DNA from: Octopus vulgaris
Lineage: Eukaryota
Assembly: GCA_951406725.2 (NCBI GenBank)
Contig: OX597832.1
Coordinates: forward strand, 4,216,001-4,280,000
Direction of reading: 5' to 3'
Length of the DNA stretch: 64,000 nt
Shown here: positions 25,638 through 39,245 of the stretch, in pieces
Layout of the letters: each line of letters opens with the position of its first letter
Position numbering within the stretch: position 1 is the first letter of the stretch
Notes under the pieces: model-generated
Told to the model about the DNA's origin: nothing
The model's database searches: none
Seen by the model: the letters and a program-made list of their open reading frames with translations, nothing else
Position numbers and translations under genes: made by a program

Positions 25638-26040
25638 ATTCTTTTATTCTTTTACTTGTTTCAGTCATTTTTACTTCGGTGATGCTGGACCACCGCCTTT
25701 AGTCGAATAAACCGACGTCGGGACTTATTCTTTGTAAGCCTGGTACTTATTTTATCGGTCCCTTTTGCCGAACCGCTAACTTACGGGGATGTAAACACAC
25801 CAACATCGGTCGTCAAGCGACGGTGGGGCTACAAACAGAGACACACAAATGCATACACACACACACGCATATACACACACACATATATACATACGACGGG
25901 CTTCTTTCAGTTTTCGTCTACCAAATCCACTCACAAGGCTTTGGTCGGCCCGAGCCGACCTTAGTAGTAGCAGATACTTGCCCAAGGTATCACGCAGTGG
26001 GACTGAAACCGGAACCATATGGTTTGGAAGCAGAAGCATC
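25638..26040 (-). mobile_element. SINE family A
   Basis: Reverse complement of the head, internal microsatellite and tail of family A. Confidence 0.85.
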
Positions 26041-26116
26041 TTGCCAGTTCGGTATGGTCCGCACAGGCTCGAAGTTAGGAGAACAGAATGTAAATAAGTT
26101 AAAAGGACGTACAGGT

Positions 26117-26162
<46 letters not shown>

Positions 26163-26165
<3 letters not shown>

Positions 26166-26348
26166 CCATAATAGATCGTTAGCCACTACACATTTTTTTC
26201 TCTCCTTGTTTTTTCTGTGTCCCTTTCTGTAGAAGAGCGTAGGCTCGAAACTTAAAAGACTTTTTCTATTCCTGAGCGTTATACTAATACATCTGTTTGT
26301 TTTGTACACCACCTGTCTTCGTCTTTTGTTTTTTCCGTAAACTCTCCC
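26163..26348 (+). mobile_element. (TA)n-flanked short element with HHR-like motif (family also at 55225..55395 on the minus strand)
   Basis: cttt-ctgtagaa-gagc-gtag-gctc-gaaactta-aaag at 26223..26259. Confidence 0.7.
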
Positions 26349-26366
26349 TATATATATATATATATA

Positions 26367-26569
26367 TTTACTTGTTTCAGTCATTTGACTGCGGCTATGC
26401 TGGAGCACCGCCTTTAGTCGAGCAAGTCGACCCCGGGACTTATTCTTTGTAAGCCCAGTACTTATTCTATCGGTCTCTTTTGCCGAACCGCTAAGTGACG
26501 GGGACGTAAACACACCAGCATCGGTTGTCAAGCGATGTTGGGGCGACAAACACAGACACACAAACATAT

Positions 26570-26614
<45 letters not shown>

Positions 26615-26785
26615 CATATATACGACAGGCTTCCTTCAGTTTCCGTCTACCAAATCCACTCACAAGGCATTGGTCGGCCCGAGGCTATAGCAGAAGACAC
26701 TTGCCCAAGATGCCACGCAGTGGGACTGAACCCAGAACTATGTGGTTGGTAAGCAAGCTACTTACCACACAGCCACTCCTGCGCC
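26367..26785 (-). mobile_element. SINE family A, near full length
   Basis: The minus strand runs ggcgcaggagtggctgtgtggtaagtagcttgcttacc... to ...gcagtcaaatgactgaaacaagtaaa. Confidence 0.9.
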
Positions 26786-26817
<32 letters not shown>

Positions 26818-27024
26818 TATATATATATGTGTGTGTGTGTATATATATATATGTGTATGTGTTGAAAGACTCGAAACACCTAATAACCCCAAGAAACATC
26901 ACTGATGATGTATCCAGGTAGAGCACAGGATAATACACAGAAAAACTTACTGTGGATTTTGTTAAATTTCTTCAAACCCTTCAAGTGTTTCAAATTTTCA
27001 CCAGATTATTTGCAAATAATGTAA

Positions 27025-27243
27025 TTTTGGTGTGGTAAGAAGTTTATTTCCCAACCACACGGTTCTGGGTTGTCTCACTGCGTGACACCTTGGGCAAGTT
27101 TCTTCTACTATAGTCTCAGGCCGACCAAAGCCTTCTGGGTGGATTTGGTAGACAGAAACTGATAGAAACCCGTCGTATATACATACGTGTATGTGTGTGT
27201 GTGTGTGGTGTGTGTGTGTGTGTGTGTGTGTCTGTGTGCGTGC

Positions 27244-27274
<31 letters not shown>

Positions 27275-27520
27275 AGTGTGTGTGTGTGCGTGCGTGTGTG
27301 TGTCTTTGTGTCTTTGTTTGTCTCCCCACCTGCGCTTGACAACCAATGTTGGTGTGTTTACGTCCCCGTAACTTAGCGATTCGGCAAAATAGACCGATAG
27401 AATAAGTACTAGGGTTACAAAGAATAAGTCCTGGTGTCGATTTCATCAACTAAAACCCTTTAAGGCGGTGCTCCAGAATGGCTACTGTCGAATGAATGAA
27501 ACAAGTAAAAGAATAAAAGT
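27025..27520 (+). mobile_element. SINE family A with expanded internal (TG)n
   Basis: Head, accttgggcaag, about 130 bp of TG-rich repeat, then tail ending gaaacaagtaaaagaataaaag. Confidence 0.87.
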
Positions 27521-28163
27521 ATACCAATGACGAAAATTGCATTCATTTTTTTTTCTTATCAGTGTAGGAAATTTTTTTTAAATTTGGTGAAAATTTGAAC
27601 TACTTTAAGTGGTTTGAGGAAATTTAACAAGATACCATATCGTGTTTGCTATTACTTTCGTTGTTACAGTTAATATGATATTCTTATAATTATTGTTGTG
27701 GTAGTAACTGCTTTAATTGTTACCTTCATCACTGGTAGTCGGTAAAATTAACATCTTATAATTGCGGTACCAAATTAAACGTCTTGTCCGAGTCTCACAA
27801 ATTAATATTCTTATTATTCTTGTATGTATTGTTGTTGTGTTTCTTAGCCACCATCATTTCGTCTTGAATAATTTAATACAGGATATATTGTCCAAAGTCT
27901 GTGTTTTTAAAGAGATGTGACTCGCAGATTCAGTGCTGATATAGAGGTCTTCGAAATTGTGCTTCTGATCAGAATGTTGTTTTTGTTGTGCTGTTAGTTA
28001 TTGTTGTTGCGATGTTGATGTTCTAACAGTTATTACTATCATGTCAATATAAACATCGCGAACTTTCTGTCTGAACCGGTGCAGGGTTCAAACTCGGTGA
28101 GACACTGTAAGTTGTATAAAGCTTAGAAACGTTACGCCAGAAGGTCTCACAAAAACTGAAAAT

Positions 28164-28194
<31 letters not shown>

Positions 28195-28404
28195 GACTCA
28201 CTCACACACACACACACTCTCTCTCACACACACACATACACACACACACTCTCTCTCACACACACACATACACACACACATACACAAACGCTTGCACAGA
28301 TACACACGCGTATATATACATATATATGTATGTATATATATATGTGCATGTATATATATATATTTATATATACATACATATACATGTGTGTGTGTGTGTG
28401 TGTG

Positions 28405-28440
<36 letters not shown>

Positions 28441-28504
28441 TGTATGTATGTATGTATGTATGAAAGTGAGTTTGGTATTATTAATATTATATATATATAT
28501 ATAT

Positions 28505-28713
28505 GGGGAATATTCTTTATGTTGCATGTCCCGTTTCTCTGGGATTTTTTTTTTTTGTTCGAAACAAAGTTCGTTTCTATGTTTTTGTATTTATGTTTTC
28601 GTTTCTCATTGTGTTCAGCGTTTACTTTTTGATGTCCTGTACCCATATATGCATGTATATATACATATATATGTAGATATGTACATATATGTATGTATAT
28701 GTGCATATATTTA

Positions 28714-28771
<58 letters not shown>

Positions 28772-28960
28772 TGAAAGCTTTAGCGACTGAAGAAGAGATT
28801 TTTCCTTGTGTTAATTGTCCTGTATTCTATTTTTTTGCTGTTTTTAAAAAAATGTCCAGTTCCTTTGGTTTGTGTCTATGTTTTCGTTTCTCATTGTGTT
28901 CGACGTCCTTTCTGGTTTCCTGTACTCATATATGCGTGTATATGTACATGTAGAGGTAGG
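28505..28960 (+). repeat. Two related short elements in (TA)n (family also at 37140..37330 and 37840..37980 on the minus strand)
   Basis: tatgttttcgtttctcattgtgttc...tcctgtac(c/t)catatatgc occurs twice; the reverse copies read ggtacaggacgtc. Confidence 0.65.
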
Positions 28961-29006
28961 GACGTACATATATGTTTATATATATGCATATGTTTTATTT
29001 TATTTA

Positions 29007-29072
<66 letters not shown>

Positions 29073-29417
29073 CTTAGGCATTACGAGACTAATAACCTGC
29101 AGTAGAATGTTATAGAACAGAGAGTTAGATGAGTTTAGAGAGGTAATAAGAAAAAGAGATGACACGGCAAAAAACAATGGTTGTTTTATGAAGTTCTTTA
29201 GGTTACAGGTGTTTTTGCTCTAAGATGCAGTGTACTTAGAGTTGATTGCCTGAATAACGTCTTATAGCTTCATCGAAGCCTTGAGTAAAAAGTGCAATTT
29301 ATTTGGGACAAAAAAATTACAGGGAAGGCATTACCATTGATAAAGTCATTCGTTATGTAAGTAAAAGGAAGTGTATGTCCATGATATGACCGTTGTTTTT
29401 TATGTGTCATCTCTGTT

Positions 29418-29475
<58 letters not shown>

Positions 29476-29538
29476 GTGTGTGTGTGTGTATGTGTGTGTG
29501 TGTGTGTGTGCACTATATATATATATATATATATATAG

Positions 29539-29620
29539 ACTTAAATAATAATTTAGGTATGTTTCGACCAATGATTGGTCCAAGCCATGACAAACTTAAT
29601 ACCACCACCTCATAGGATTA
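29539..29620 (-). mobile_element. Solo 3' tail of the CR1 family at 1278..2153
   Basis: Its reverse complement, taatcctatgaggtggtggtattaagtttgtcatggcttggaccaatcattggtcgaaacatacc, matches about 2086..2150. Confidence 0.8.
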
Positions 29621-29624
29621 ACTG

Positions 29625-29885
29625 TGACTGTGTGGTAATCCGAACCACATTTTTCCGGGTTCAGTCCCACTGCGCGGTACCTTAGGCAAGTGTCTTCTAC
29701 TATAGTCTCGCGCCTGCCAAAACCTTGTGCGTGGGTTTGGTAGACGGAAGCTGAAAGAAGCCTGTCGTATGTATATGTATATGTATATATCTGTGTATGT
29801 CTTTGTGTCGGTGTTTGTTTCCCCATCATTGCTTGACAACCGGTGCTGGTGTGTTTACGTCCCCGTAATCTAGCGGTTCGGCAAG
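29625..29885 (+). mobile_element. SINE family A, 3'-truncated
   Basis: ctgtgtggtaa..gggttcagtcccactgcg..ggcaagtgtcttctactatag.. Confidence 0.85.
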
Positions 29886-29888
29886 CCT

Positions 29889-29941
<53 letters not shown>

Positions 29942-29943
29942 AT

Positions 29944-30012
<69 letters not shown>

Positions 30013-30138
30013 TTCAGCAAAATTTAGATTGAAATGACTATGGTACTTAAGTTAGATGCACCAGAATTTTGTATGGTGTTATCTATATAAATCCATGGGG
30101 TGATTATAATCAAAATAAGCAACAAGAATAACTTCGAT

Positions 30139-30229
30139 AATTTGGTACGATCGTTTCACGCTACATCATTTTATTAAATGTTGTAAGTATTACAACAGTT
30201 TTAAAATGCTGAGCACTCATCAGCCATTA
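30139..30229 (-). ncRNA. Type I hammerhead ribozyme motif, canonical core, long stem II
   Basis: Minus strand: aatgg-CTGATGA-gtgct..(tgttgtaa/ttacaaca hairpin)..agcgt-GAAA-cgatcg-TA-cca. Confidence 0.7.
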
Positions 30230-31407
30230 ATAGCGGTTTTCCATTAATACATAATTTTCATATCAGTTGATAACATTATAGAGAAGGTAGATATATAGAT
30301 AAAGATGTGGATTTAAATTTTAAGAACATTTAAGGTAGTGGAGTTTATCAACTGACTGAAGAATATTCAGTTGTTTTGAACTGCTAGAAGGTTTTGTGAA
30401 GAATGAACAATTGAAAGGAGACAAGAAAGATTTTCTATTTATAGAAATAGGGGTGAAATAGATGTCAAAGTTCTATAAAGAAATTGAGGTAGAGAGAAAG
30501 GGTTGTCACACTACAGATGCCAATTACTACTATTTGGCAAACAGATTTAGCATTAGGAAAACTAGGTTAATGTCAAATGGTTACAATGACCACTCATAGA
30601 GAATGCAGAGATTTTTTTAAACTTATATACATCAACTTTATAATTAGCTGATAGGTTTTGAGTATTTTGATACGTTGGATTAAAGGAGAAATTATAAATC
30701 TAATATTTATTCAATTTGGAGAAAAATCTATCGCTTATTATGAGTAGGCATAATACTTATTAATTGAGGACAAAAGTCTTATTAATCAAGTGAATATATT
30801 AGGGGTCAAATATATATAATAGGAAAACTGGAAGAGGAGTAATCAAGAAGAATGGTATTTGTAGGTTTTAGTAGAAGGTGATTTAATAATATGAAGAGAA
30901 GTAATTTAGAAGAGTAAATTACTCAGATTTCATAGATAGTGAATTGATATTAATGAATTAAAATATAGAATCTGTTAGACATAATATTTACTACCCGAGG
31001 AGAAAGGCTAATTAGTTAGGTAAAAATATCCTAGGTTAATTATATGTTAAGAAATGGAAGTGAGATAATATATATATATATAAAAATTTAAATTCAGATG
31101 AATATGGTACTTAAGTTGAGGCACCAGAATTTAGTACGGTATTGCCCAACCCCTAACAGACTCTGCCCCTTGTTCTCTCGGCCTTAGATATACAAGGATT
31201 TGATAAAACTAGTCTATAAATTAAAACTGACCCCATAAAACAGTGACAAACTAGACCTGTAACAAGTCTTTCTTCCTGATACCTTAGTAGCTTCTAAGCT
31301 GAAGTGAAGACAGCATATTCTTTGTCTATCGCCTTAACTTCTTGGATATTTTAAATAAAAATATACTAATGTGTCCATCTGTTTTAATTTAATTAAATTC
31401 TGTCTTT

Positions 31408-31496
31408 GTGCAGCTGAGGATTGCTCTGCATTTAAATTGATGTCATGGTTGCATTGTTCAATTAGATGGAGTTGCGTGAAACGATCATACTGCATT
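31408..31496 (+). ncRNA. Type I hammerhead ribozyme motif, related to 30139..30229
   Basis: gtgcag-CTGAGGA-ttgc..(aattga/tcaatt)..gcgt-GAAA-cgatca-TA-ctgcat, with a 6-bp stem I. Confidence 0.7.
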
Positions 31497-31540
31497 ACCT
31501 CTGGATATCCTTGTTGCTCATTTTGATATATATATATACA

Positions 31541-31888
31541 CGATGGGCTTCTTTCAATTTTCGTCTACCAAATCCACTCACAACGCTTTACTCTGCCCGA
31601 GGCTATAGTGGAAGACACTTGCCTAAGCTGCCACGCAGTGGAACTGAACCTGGAACCATGTGGTTGGGAAGCATACATATCTACATACATACATACATAC
31701 ATACATATATACGCACACACACATACATATGTATATGAGCATGACTCTGTGGTAAGAATCTTGCTTCCCAACTACATGGTTCAGTCCCACTGCGTGGCAC
31801 CTTGGGCAAGTGTAATCTACTATTGCCTTGGGCCGACCAAAACCTCGGGAGTGGATTTCGTAGACGGAAACTGAAAGAAGCCCGTCGT
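31541..31888. mobile_element. Two SINE family A heads in opposite orientation
   Basis: Minus copy at about 31541-31672 and plus copy at about 31737-31888. Confidence 0.8.
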
Positions 31889-32846
31889 ATATATATATAT
31901 ATATATATATTACATTGTGGGGAAAATCAAAAACCAAGACAGAACGAGTATCTTAAGTCATTTAAAATAATTTGATTAGGGTAAGATGAATTTGGAGTCT
32001 TACGCACTGGGCACCTCGTCATCAGAGACAAATTTACAGTTTACATTTTCAGTTTACAAGGACTAAAATTCACAGTTTATAAGGGATAAACTAGAAGAAT
32101 AAAGGAGCAAGTAGAATAATAAAGAGTAAAAGTAATTAGAAGAATACAGGCAGGAGAATAATGTCACAACTCATCTTTTTCCAATGTATATAGATGTTGG
32201 TCGGTACTTCCATGGAGGTACATGCCCTTAGTTACCACCCCAGGTAAATTATTTTGTCGATCCCACTGATGGAATAAGGAGTAGGCTTTAAAAAATAGAC
32301 CTGGGTCGGTTTCTTCCACGAAAAGGCGGTGCTCCGGCATGGCCGCAGTCAAATGACTGAAACAAACAAAAAACAAAAAGAAAAGAAAAATTAATTGCGT
32401 TTGTTTGTTTGTGTGTGTGTATGTGCGCGCGCACGTGTGCGTGTATGTGTGTGAGTATGCGAATGTGTGTGTGTGTTTATAATATTATATCATATATCAA
32501 AATACACACATTTAAATTATAATGTCGATCCCACTGAGGGTTATACCCTTAACCTTTAGCTACTTTGATTTTTGATTACATTGGCTATTAATAAGCACCT
32601 TTACAAGAATTCTGTTTAATTTTTTCATCGGATACAAAAGTCGTATATCTTAGGTATCTTTAAAGAAATTCTGTAAACCAGTGACACGAAGGGATCCGTG
32701 GAACGAGTCTTTGATGCATAGATTCTGAAACAAAAAAAGAAACAATGCAGCCATTGTCATTCAGCTCAGGTGTGACTAATCAAGCTCATCGAATAGGGAG
32801 CAAATATATTATTTATATATTATATCATATTATATCATATTATATC

Positions 32847-32894
<48 letters not shown>

Positions 32895-33156
32895 TACATG
32901 TATGTATGTATTATACATAAATACATATATATTATTATATAGAAATATGTAGTATGTGAGTATTATATTTATATAATACTAAATTTTTTTACACATATGA
33001 TACAAATTATATATAATATATAAATAATATATATATATGTATATATGTATTATACATATATATATTATATATATATAAATATGTAATATGTATTACATTT
33101 ATATAAAACAAAATTTTCTTTTCCCATATGATAAAATTATATATAATATATAAATA

Positions 33157-33189
<33 letters not shown>

Positions 33190-33206
33190 CATACATACAC
33201 ACACGC

Positions 33207-33268
<62 letters not shown>

Positions 33269-33727
33269 GCAATACATATATATTTGTATATTCAAAATAA
33301 TACACTCATACACACATACACTCACTCACACACACACTTATATAATTAATGTAATTACATATATATATATATACATAATCACACACGCATATCTGTATAT
33401 ATATATATCAACTCTACTGTGAATATACATACATATACTTATGCTGTATTTGTGTATATATTTATAAACAGTTAAACATATTAGTCTATAAACACGCATA
33501 TAGCTGAATCTGTGTGTGTGTGTGTCGAACAATTTACGTATGCATATGCATACAAACGTATGTATATATACACGCACACACATACGCACACACGTACATA
33601 CCTACATACGTTTATATAAGCGTAAACTGTTTATAAATTTACCCATATATGTACAAATAAAATTCTGTTTATATATTGACATAATGACTCTTCCTAGACA
33701 CAACAAAATTTATACGTATACATATAT

Positions 33728-33779
<52 letters not shown>

Positions 33780-33914
33780 CACATACACACACACACACAC
33801 ACATAATTATGTTGTATTCCGTGTCATACCTAAACGTGTTAAGAGTAGATTATAGAGCTCGTCCACCTTCAGAATAACCTAGTAGTATAGGTAGTAGTAT
33901 TATTACATACTTCG

Positions 33915-34260
33915 AAGGCGGCGAGCTGGCAGAATCGTTAGCACGCCGGGCGAAGTGCTTAACGGTATTTCGCCTGCCGTTACGTTCTTAGTTCAAATTC
34001 CGCCGAGGTCCACTTTGTCTTTTATCCTTTCGGGGTCGATTAAATAAGTACCAGTTACGCACTTAATCGACTTAATCCGTTTGTCTGTCCTTGTTTGTCC
34101 TCTCTGTGTATAGGTATTTCGTCTGACGCTACGTTCTGAGTTCAAATTCCGTAGAGGTCGACTTCGCTTTTCATTCTTTCGGGGTCGATAAATTAAGCCC
34201 CAGTGAATTACTGGGGTCGATGTAATTTCAGGCCTTGTGTTTATAGCAAAAAAGATTATT
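33915..34260 (+). mobile_element. SINE family B, tandem or nested pair
   Basis: ggcggcgagctggcagaatcgttagcacgccggg..gttcaaattccgcc..atcctttcggggtcgat; the body repeats from about 34112. Confidence 0.87.
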
Positions 34261-34362
34261 ATATACTTCGAACCCTAAAATTGGGAATTCGACGTGCGTG
34301 GGTATAAAATTAAATAAATTGGAGTCAAGAAGAGCGAGTATGGTTGGACATTTGTTTATTAT

Positions 34363-34467
34363 TCGCTATAATTGTTTCGACACAACGTAGTTCTCCAAGA
34401 ATACAGGTATTTGATTATGCAACTGTTTGTTTGCATAATGAGATCTAGTTGTGTTTCCTCAGGTGAT
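34363..34467 (-). ncRNA. Type I hammerhead ribozyme motif, canonical core, long stem II
   Basis: Minus strand: tcac-CTGAGGA-aacacaac..(ttatgcaa/ttgcataa)..gttgtgtc-GAAA-caatta-TA-gcga. Confidence 0.68.
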
Positions 34468-34651
34468 ATACAAGTGTTGTCTCCGTTAGTTTAAAATCTT
34501 CATCTTCAAGGCCATCCTCTCTGTTTGCAGTAGCTTGCATTTGGTTGTGACTGAAATCCTCATGGTGCGAGCTGTGAGACCGCGTTATATTTATGTGTGT
34601 GTGTGTGTGTGTGTATGTATGTGTGCGCCTGTGTGTGTATACGTATATAGT

Positions 34652-34880
34652 AAGGTCAAGCAAGTTAAGCAAGTCACTATACGAAATGCATTAAATACAT
34701 TTAATACAAAAAAATGTACGTATGTACACATTAAAAAATGTCCGCCTCACACAGAATGGAAATGATATCAGGAATTAAGGGGCTTGAGTAGGAGTCTTAA
34801 ATGTATATATATGTACATTTTATAGTATAAAATGTATTTAATATTTTTTGTATATCGACTTGCCGAATTTACTTGTCCTT
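34652..34880. mobile_element. MITE-like element with about 80-bp imperfect terminal inverted repeats
   Basis: aaggtcaagcaagttaagcaagtcactatac.. versus the reverse complement of the right end, aaggacaagtaaattcggcaagtcgatatac.. Confidence 0.6.
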
Positions 34881-35261
34881 CCATTTACTCCTCTACTTGC
34901 TCAAGTTCAAATCTCTTGAGCAGTATGAAGTGTATTCTATATAGAGAATAAGTGTCTCTAATCTATATATATTTGTGTATATATATGTGTGTGGAGGGTA
35001 TGTTTGTACACATACAAATGTGGAAGTCACTGTAAACACTACTCCGGTTAAAGAATTATATATATCTGTATATGTGTATATGAATTTGTGTGTGTGTGTG
35101 TGTATACATACACATAACTACTGTGTACATTTAAATATACAATGTATTTATATGAATAATATATAATCTATTGACTAAATGTTTACACGCTAGGCCACTG
35201 GTAATGGAAATTTCTAATATTTCTATTTACCCTTTGATATTATTAATATAGATAGATAGAC

Positions 35262-35338
<77 letters not shown>

Positions 35339-35474
35339 TAAACATAGATATATAATATTATATTATATTATATTATATATTCATGTATATCTCTGCCGAA
35401 TTTGGTAAACAATAGAATTGAATGGCATCAGAGTGTCACAGGATCCGTGCAAGTAATCCGACCGCATGACTTAT

Positions 35475-35543
<69 letters not shown>

Positions 35544-35657
35544 TAAAAGTGCATCCATGCAAGGGTATATTTTTGTAAAGAGTATAATACTTATTGAATA
35601 AACATGCATTTATACATACATTATGCATAAACATCTAACGTCTATGCATGATACATA

Positions 35658-35701
<44 letters not shown>

Positions 35702-35810
35702 TGTGTGTGTATAAATTGTATTAAATATGTATCAAATATGCATTACACGGAAATTTATATGTTGTATACAGATATGTTTACCTACACACACACACACATA
35801 CATACATACA

Positions 35811-35844
<34 letters not shown>

Positions 35845-35889
35845 AAGACACAAACATATAGAGTTATGTACACACACATAGTTATATAC

Positions 35890-35960
<71 letters not shown>

Positions 35961-35962
<2 letters not shown>

Positions 35963-36500
35963 AGGCTCTTGCCATGGTTTTGAAGTGCAAGAAAAACTGA
36001 CCAAATTATGTCCGGAGTGGGATGATGAGGGAAGAGGGTTGTCAAAAAACAAGATTTTCAAAACTTTTTTCATATAAAGCTGCCCCTTTCCCCCATTTTG
36101 AAGACTGTGGTTTAAAAAATGCAGAAAATCTCCGTCAAAACAGAGTAGCTGTAACTTATTTGGTCATCCTGATCCGAAACTCCTCTCCCTACCCCCTCAG
36201 AAAAAATTTTTCTCCACAAATTTCTTCATAATCCCAATCTATGCCGTTTGAAAGGTATTTGTGTAAAATTTCATTAAAAGATACTCATTTTCCTGAAGTT
36301 ATGAGGGGAAAAAGTCGGATTGCGTGCATTTCCCAAAACTCCTCTCTCCACCCACTTGGGAAAATTGTTTCCCATAAATCCATATATAATCTGAAGCCAC
36401 ATTTAAGCGGTATTTGTTGAAAATTTCGTTAAAATGTATCCATTTTTGTGGATGGTATGAGGCAACAAAGTCGGGCGCATATACATCTGTAGTAGTACCC
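35961..36500 (+). mobile_element. Element with about 160-bp internal tandem repeat, Helentron-associated (HINE)-like
   Basis: Two units of aaactcctctc..ggtatttgt..aaaatttc.ttaaaa..ttatgagg..aaagtcgg at about 36176-36318 and 36335-36475. Confidence 0.45.
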
Positions 36501-36538
36501 TTTTATTTATACGCTTTTTTTATTTCATGTTTATTTCA

Positions 36539-36594
<56 letters not shown>

Positions 36595-38226
36595 CATACA
36601 TACACACACACAAACACAGACACACACAAACACTTAGCTTGTGTGTGACTGTTACGTGTTGCTTTATGGTAAGAATTTTGGGTATGTGTCTTTTATAACC
36701 TCAGGCCGATCAAAGCATTGTGGGTTTGGTAGGCGGAAACTGACAGAAACCGTCGTGTATATATATATATATGTTGTTGTGTTTTTGTCTCATTTGGTCT
36801 AAAGTCGTATGACAACCACCGTTATATATATTTTGTTTATTCATTACTGTTTTCAATTTCGTTTTCGTCTCTTGTATTCACATCCGTCTTGTGCGTTCAC
36901 ATTCCTGTCTTCTACCAAGAAATCTAACGCTTACAGCTTAGTTTTTTTCTTGGGGCTGGCCGAGTTGGAGCAAATATCAGAATTGAACAGCCGAAATGTG
37001 CTATGATGATTCGGTGTCTGACTGAAGATTGAAGGCTTCGAATGATTTGTCTGTGTTCCGTGTTCGTCCCTTCCTGTATTTCACGTTCATTATATATAAA
37101 AACATTCATTCTTATATATATATATATATATATATATATTGGTACAGGACGTCAAAAACAGTAAACAATATGAAATACGAAATCAAATGGGTTGAATACA
37201 AACAACGAGAGAAGCAAATGGAAAACATGACATGTAACATAAAGACAGACTCTTCATCATTTTTCGGCTGTCCATCTAGTCCGCATTTCGAGCATTGGAA
37301 TACAGTTGCTCCCGCAAAATAAAATTTGGGACTTACGGAGAGTCAAATTTGTTAACAAAAACAGGACAATGCAGACTTATAAGGAAACCGAACGAAAACA
37401 AATATGAAGGGTCGTTAGACCAGACGAAGGCAAAACAGCGAACGCTGGAGAAATATTTTCTTTGACAAAAGAAAAGATAGAAGAGAGAGAGATAGGATAC
37501 ATGCAGTCTCTACGACAGCCCTGAAGGAAAAGAAAGATGATTATGTGAAGGAAAGAAAGATGGAAGATGGTCACGTGTGAGCAACAAGAGTGAGTAAAGT
37601 AGAAAGAGGGAGAGAGAGGCAGACAGACAGAAAACGGTGAAGAGAAGAAAATAAAAGAATTAGAGAAAGGATGCTAGAGAAAACGATTGGGGAAGAATAC
37701 AGTATAGTATAGAGTGGCATCAAAAATATTAAGATAAACTTACTTGGAAATGGATGCGTGGCGTTCAATAAAATAATAATATAAATAATATATATACATA
37801 TATATATACATATACATATATATATATATATATGCATATATGGGTACAGGACGTCATAAACCGTAAACGACATGAAATGCGCAAACAACGAGAGAAACAA
37901 GTGGAAAACAGGACAAGTAACATAAAGAACGACGCTTCATCAGTTGTCGGCTGTCCATCTACTCCTCATTTCGAGCATTACGCGCGCGTGTGTGCGCGTG
38001 TCTGTGTGAATGTGTTTGTCTCCACCACTGCTTGAAAATCAGTGTTCGTGTGCTCACAATCCTGTACATTAGCGAATCAGCGAAAGGGGGCCGATAGAAT
38101 TAGTACCAGGTTTTATTGAAAAAAAATACTGGGGGTTGATTCCCTCGACTAAGATCCTTAAAGGTACTTCCCCATGACGGCTGCAGTCGAATGACTGGAA
38201 CAAATAAAGGATAAAAGATTTGTATA

Positions 38227-38270
<44 letters not shown>

Positions 38271-38275
<5 letters not shown>

Positions 38276-38484
38276 ATCCAAACAAGAAAGCACAAAAATA
38301 AGCACAAAAAAACACAACAACGCGAGGACGTGGAACAAATATAGTATTATTGGACGCTCGGGAAAGAAGGAAAGAAGGAGGGTTTAACGTTTCGAGCGGA
38401 GCTCTTCGTCGGAAACATAGAAGGAAAGATCCAGAGAAGGGAAGACAGACGAAAAAAAATCGCCAACGGTCGGTCACACGCGGT

Positions 38485-38487
<3 letters not shown>
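38271..38487 (-). mobile_element. (TA)n-flanked short element with minimal HHR-like motif (truncated copy at 13492..13549)
   Basis: Minus strand: gttt-ccgacgaa-gagc-tcc-gctc-gaaacgtt-aaac at 38381..38417. Confidence 0.72.
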
Positions 38488-38514
<27 letters not shown>

Positions 38515-38519
<5 letters not shown>

Positions 38520-38665
38520 TTCCCCCACTACTTCTGCTCGAGATCAGAGATGCACATATGGTCAGCCACCTGATGCACATATCGTCAGGAACATGGTCAA
38601 GTGGTTAAGGTCAAGCAACTAACAGGCAAATCTGTGGTATTGAGCCGAATATTTGCTGTAGCCTA
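38515..38665 (+). repeat. Unclassified interspersed repeat, copy 2
   Basis: See 3985..4165. Confidence 0.7.
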
Positions 38666-39069
38666 TTTGCATATTTCTATAGCAATACCTTTTAGTTAGT
38701 GTATCATTCTATCTGTCTCCATAATGAATTGAGATAGAATGAAAGGATACTTTTCATATAAGCAATACTAAAAAAGTATGGCAGGGATAAAAGAATAAAG
38801 GATCAAAAAATAAAATAAAATGGAATACACCGACAATAAGACACAGCAAAGTAAAAAAAAACAAAACAATTGGACATTTATTTAGACCTTTACATTTCAT
38901 CACCAGAAATAAATTAGTGTGTGTGTGTGTATATAGAAAGAGAGAGAGAGAAGTATAGATAGATAAACACACGCACACGCATGCACACGTTCACACACAC
39001 ATCTGCACATCCATACATCCAATTATCTATATGTACATGCACACCAACACACACACACACGTACAATCA

Positions 39070-39106
<37 letters not shown>

Positions 39107-39208
39107 GATTGTACGTGTGTGTGTGTTGGTGTGCATGTACATATATATATATATATATATATATGTAAGATACATCCCTCTATATATATGATTTATTAGC
39201 CGATGTTT

Positions 39209-39240
<32 letters not shown>

Positions 39241-39245
<5 letters not shown>

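Noticed and set aside
33915-34010. tRNA-like sequences with A/B boxes
   Set aside because: They are SINE heads continuing into repeat bodies; no complete cloverleaf was seen.
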